Assembly (NCBI GenBank): GCA_964016885.1
Contig: OZ024744.1
Span: 105,834,001-105,898,000 of the forward strand
From: Eledone cirrhosa
Lineage: Eukaryota
DNA: 64,000 bases
Direction of reading: 5' to 3'
The notes under the pieces are model-generated. The model ran no database searches and was not told the origin of the DNA. It saw only the letters and a program-made list of their open reading frames with translations. Made by a program: the position numbers and the translations under genes. Each line of letters starts with the position of its first letter. The first letter of the stretch is position 1. This document shows positions 59,401 through 64,000 of the stretch, piece after piece.

Positions 59401-62400
59401 AATGGCATGTTGTGTATTTGAGGGACAGTAGCCTCCCACAGTGATACCATCTCTTTCTAATGGTATGTTGTGTATTTGAGGGACAGTAGCCTCACACAGT
59501 GGTACCATCTCTTTCTAATGGCATGTGTATTTGAGGGACAGTAGCCTCACACAGTGGTACCATCTCTTTCAAATGGTATGTTGTATATTTGAGGGACAGT
59601 AGCCTCACACAGTGGTACCATCTCTTTCTAATGGTATGTTGTGTATTTGAGGGACAGTAGCCTCCTCCACAGTGATACCATCTCTTTCTAATGGTATGTT
59701 GTGTATTTGAGGGACAGTAGCCTCACACAGTGATACCATCTCTTTCTAATGGTATGTTGTGTATTTGAGGGACAGTAGCCTCACACAGTGATACCATCTC
59801 TTTCTAATGGTATGTTGTGTATTTGAGGGACAGTAGCCTCACACAGTGGTACCATCTCTTTCTAATGGTATGTTGTATATTTGAGGGACAGTAGCCTCAC
59901 ACAGTGGTACCATCTCTTTCTAATGGTATGTTGTGTATTTGAGGGACAGTAGCCTCACACAGTGGTACCATCTCTTTCTAATGGTATGTTGTGTATTTGA
60001 GGGACAGTAGCCTCCCTCTCACAGTGGTACCATCTCTTTCTAATGGTATGTTGTATATTTGAGGGACAGTAGCCTCACACAGTGGTACCATCTCTTTCTA
60101 ATGGTATGTTGTGTATTTGAGGGACAGTAGCCTCACACAGTGGTACCATCTCTTTCTAATGGTATGTTGTATATTTGAGGGACAGTAGCCTCACACAGTG
60201 GTACCATCTCTTTCTAATGGTATGTTGTGTATTTGAGGGACAGTAGCCTCACACAGTGGTACCATCTCTTTCTAATGGTATGTTGTGTATTTGAGGGACA
60301 GTAGCCTCCCCCACAGTGATACCATCTCTTTCTAATGGTATGTTGTATATTTGAGGGACAGTAGCCTCACACAGTGGTACCATCTCTTTCTAATGGTATG
60401 TTGTGTATTTGAGGGACAGTAGCCTCACACAGTGGTACCATCTCTTTCTAATGGTATGTTGTGTATTTGAGGGACAGTAGCCTCCCCCACAGTGATACCA
60501 TCTCTTTCTAATGGTATGTTGTATATTTGAGGGACAGTAGCCTCCCACAGTGGTACCATCTCTTTCTAATGGTATGTTGTGTATTTGAGGGACAGTAGCC
60601 TCCCTCTCACAGTGGTACCATCTCTTTCTAATGGTATGTTGTATATTTGAGGGACAGTAGCCTCACACAGTGGTACCATCTCTTTCTAATGGTATGTTGT
60701 GTATTTGAGGGACAGTAGCCTCCCCCACAGTGATACCATCTCTTTCTAATGGTATGTTGTGTATTTGAGGGACAGTAGCCTCCCCCACAGTGATACCATC
60801 TCTTTCTAATGGTATGTTGTGTATTTGAGGGACAGTAGCCTCCCTCTCACAGTGGTACCATCTCTTTCTAATGGTATGTTGTATATTTGAGGGACAGTAG
60901 CCTCACACAGTGGTACCATCTCTTTCTAATGGTATGTTGTGTATTTGAGGGACAGTAGCCTCCCCCACAGTGATACCATCTCTTTCTAATGGTATGTTGT
61001 GTATTTGAGGGACAGTAGCCTCACACACAGTGGTACCATCTCTTTCTAATGGTATGTTGTATATTTGAGGGACAGTAGCCTCATACAGTGGTACCATCTC
61101 TTTCTAATGGTATGTTGTGTATTTGAGAGACAGTAGCCTCACACAGTGGTACTATCTCTTTCTAATGGTATGTTGTGTATTTGAGGGACAGTAGCCTCCC
61201 CCACAGTGGTACCATCTCTTTCTAATGGTATGTTGTGTATTTGAGGGACAGTAGCCTCCCACAGTGGTACCATCTCTTTCTAATGGTATGTTGTGTATTT
61301 GAGGGACAGTAGCCTCACACACAGTGGTACCATCTCTTTCTAATGGTATGTTGTATATTTGAGGGACAGTAGCCTCCCACACAGTGGTACCATCTCTTTC
61401 TAATGGTATGTTGTGTATTTGAGGGACAGTAGCCTCTCACAGTGGTACCATCTCTTTCTAATGGCATGTTGTGTATTTGAGGGACAGTAGCCTCACACAG
61501 TGGTACCATCTCTTTCTAATGGCATGTTGTGTATTTGAGGGACAGTAGCCTCACACAGTGGTACCATCTCTTTCTAATGGTATGTTGTGTATTTGAGAGA
61601 CAGTAGCCTACACAGTGGTACCATCTCTTTCTAATGGTATGTTGTGTATTTGAGAGACAGTAGCCTCACACAGTGGTACCATCTCTTTCTAATGGTATGT
61701 TGTGTATTTGAGAGACAGTAGCCTCCCACAGTGGTACCATCTCTTTCTAATGGTATGTTGTGTATTTGAGGGACAGTAGCCTCCCACAGTGGTACCATCT
61801 CTTTCTAATGGCATGTTGTGTATTTGAGGGACAGTAGCCTCCCACAGTGGTACCATCTCTTTCTAATGGTATGTTGTGTATTTGAGGGACAGTAGCCTCA
61901 CACAGTGGTACCATCTCTTTCTAATGGTATGTTGTGTATTTGAGGGACAGTAGCCTCCCCCACACAGTGGTACCATCTCTTTCTAATGGTATGTTGTGTA
62001 TTTGAGAGACAGTAGCCTCACACAGTGGTACCATCTCTTTCTAATGGTATGTTGTGTATTTGAGGGACAGTAGCCTTACACAGTGGTACCATCTCTTTCT
62101 AATGGTATGTTGTATATTTGAGGGACAGTAGCCTCACACAGTGGTACCATCTCTTTCTAATGGCATGTTGTGTATTTGAGGGACAGTAGCCTCCCACAGT
62201 GATACCATCTCTTTCTAATGGTATGTTGTGTATTTGAGGGACAGTAGCCTCACACAGTGGTACCATCTCTTTCTAATGGCATGTGTATTTGAGGGACAGT
62301 AGCCTCACACAGTGGTACCATCTCTTTCTAATGGTATGTTGTATATTTGAGGGACAGTAGCCTCACACAGTGGTACCATCTCTTTCTAATGGTATGTTGT

Positions 62401-64000
62401 GTATTTGAGGGACAGTAGCCTCCTCCACAGTGATACCATCTCTTTCTAATGGTATGTTGTGTATTTGAGGGACAGTAGCCTCACACAGTGATACCATCTC
62501 TTTCTAATGGTATGTTGTGTATTTGAGGGACAGTAGCCTCACACAGTGATACCATCTCTTTCTAATGGTATGATGTGTATTTGAGGGACAGTAGCCTCAC
62601 ACAGTGGTACCATCTCTTTCTAATGGTATGTTGTATATTTGAGGGACAGTAGCCTCACACAGTGGTACCATCTCTTTCTAATGGTATGTTGTGTATTTGA
62701 GGGACAGTAGCCTCACACAGTGGTACCATCTCTTTCTAATGGTATGTTGTGTATTTGAGGGACAGTAGCCTCCCTCTCACAGTGGTACCATCTCTTTCTA
62801 ATGGTATGTTGTATATTTGAGGGACAGTAGCCTCACACAGTGGTACCATCTCTTTCTAATGGTATGTTGTGTATTTGAGGGACAGTAGCCTCCCCCACAG
62901 TGATACCATCTCTTTCTAATGGTATGTTGTATATTTGAGGGACAGTAGCCTCACACAGTGGTACCATCTCTTTCTAATGGTATGTTGTGTATTTGAGGGA
63001 CAGTAGCCTCACACAGTGGTACCATCTCTTTCTAATGGTATGTTGTGTATTTGAGGGACAGTAGCCTCCCCCACAGTGATACCATCTCTTTCTAATGGTA
63101 TGTTGTGTATTTGAGGGACAGTAGCCTCACACAGTGGTACCATCTCTTTCTAATGGTATGTTGTGTATTTGAGGGACAGTAGCCTCACACAGTGGTACCA
63201 TCTCTTTCTAATGGTATGTTGTGTATTTGAGGGACAGTAGCCTCCCCCACAGTGATACCATCTCTTTCTAATGGTATGTTGTATATTTGAGGGACAGTAG
63301 CCTCCCACAGTGGTACCATCTCTTTCTAATGGTATGTTGTGTATTTGAGGGACAGTAGCCTCCCTCTCACAGTGGTACCATCTCTTTCTAATGGTATGTT
63401 GTATATTTGAGGGACAGTAGCCTCACACAGTGGTACCATCTCTTTCTAATGGTATGTTGTGTATTTGAGGGACAGTAGCCTCCCCCACAGTGATACCATC
63501 TCTTTCTAATGGTATGTTGTGTATTTGAGGGACAGTAGCCTCCCCCACAGTGATACCATCTCTTTCTAATGGTATGTTGTGTATTTGAGGGACAGTAGCC
63601 TCCCTCTCACAGTGGTACCATCTCTTTCTAATGGTATGTTGTATATTTGAGGGACAGTAGCCTCACACAGTGGTACCATCTCTTTCTAATGGTATGTTGT
63701 GTATTTGAGGGACAGTAGCCTCCCCCACAGTGATACCATCTCTTTCTAATGGTATGTTGTGTATTTGAGGGACAGTAGCCTCCCCCACAGTGATACCATC
63801 TCTTTCTAATGGTATGTTGTGTATTTGAGGGACAGTAGCCTCCCTCTCACAGTGGTACCATCTCTTTCTAATGGTATGTTGTATATTTGAGGGACAGTAG
63901 CCTCACACAGTGGTACCATCTCTTTCTAATGGTATGTTGTGTATTTGAGGGACAGTAGCCTCCCCCACAGTGGTACCATCTCTTTCTAATGGTATGTTGT
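56490..64000. repeat. 58-60-bp satellite array (>7.5 kb, runs off the window), probably intronic in TRAPPC11
   Basis: Unit cacacagtggtaccatctctttctaatggtatgttgt(a/g)tatttgagggacagtagcct; variant pattern repeats at an offset of 2758 bp. Confidence 0.97.

Noticed and set aside
50564-64000. Tandem arrays as CRISPR arrays or repeat-protein genes
   Set aside because: Head-to-tail units with no unique spacers; ORFs are short and frame-shifting.

Overview
Repeat-rich eukaryotic (animal) genomic DNA; the SINE/LINE/microsatellite content looks cephalopod, probably Octopus (inference). Two host genes converge tail-to-tail and are largely missed by the ORF track because their exons are short. On the + strand are the last four coding exons of a SIPA1L/SPAR-family RapGAP gene (3852-13590). 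On the - strand are the last six coding exons of TRAPPC11 (56017 down to 36544). All were reconstructed by hand with GT-AG junctions and consistent phases. Introns and the intergenic region hold Penelope-like remnants, RTE, Tx1/L1-like and CRE-like LINEs, two tRNA-derived SINE families, Tigger/mariner/piggyBac-type DNA elements and many mini/microsatellites. The most striking signal is a recurring set of fold-back (palindromic) elements, at least some Penelope-derived, carrying a type I hammerhead ribozyme motif on BOTH strands (12521-12847, 20481-20981, 38015-38140), plus single-copy hammerhead motifs (6476, 8102, partial 12319). In two of the three palindromes one arm carries a catalytic-core mutation. 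Most long ORFs in the track are repeat artefacts.
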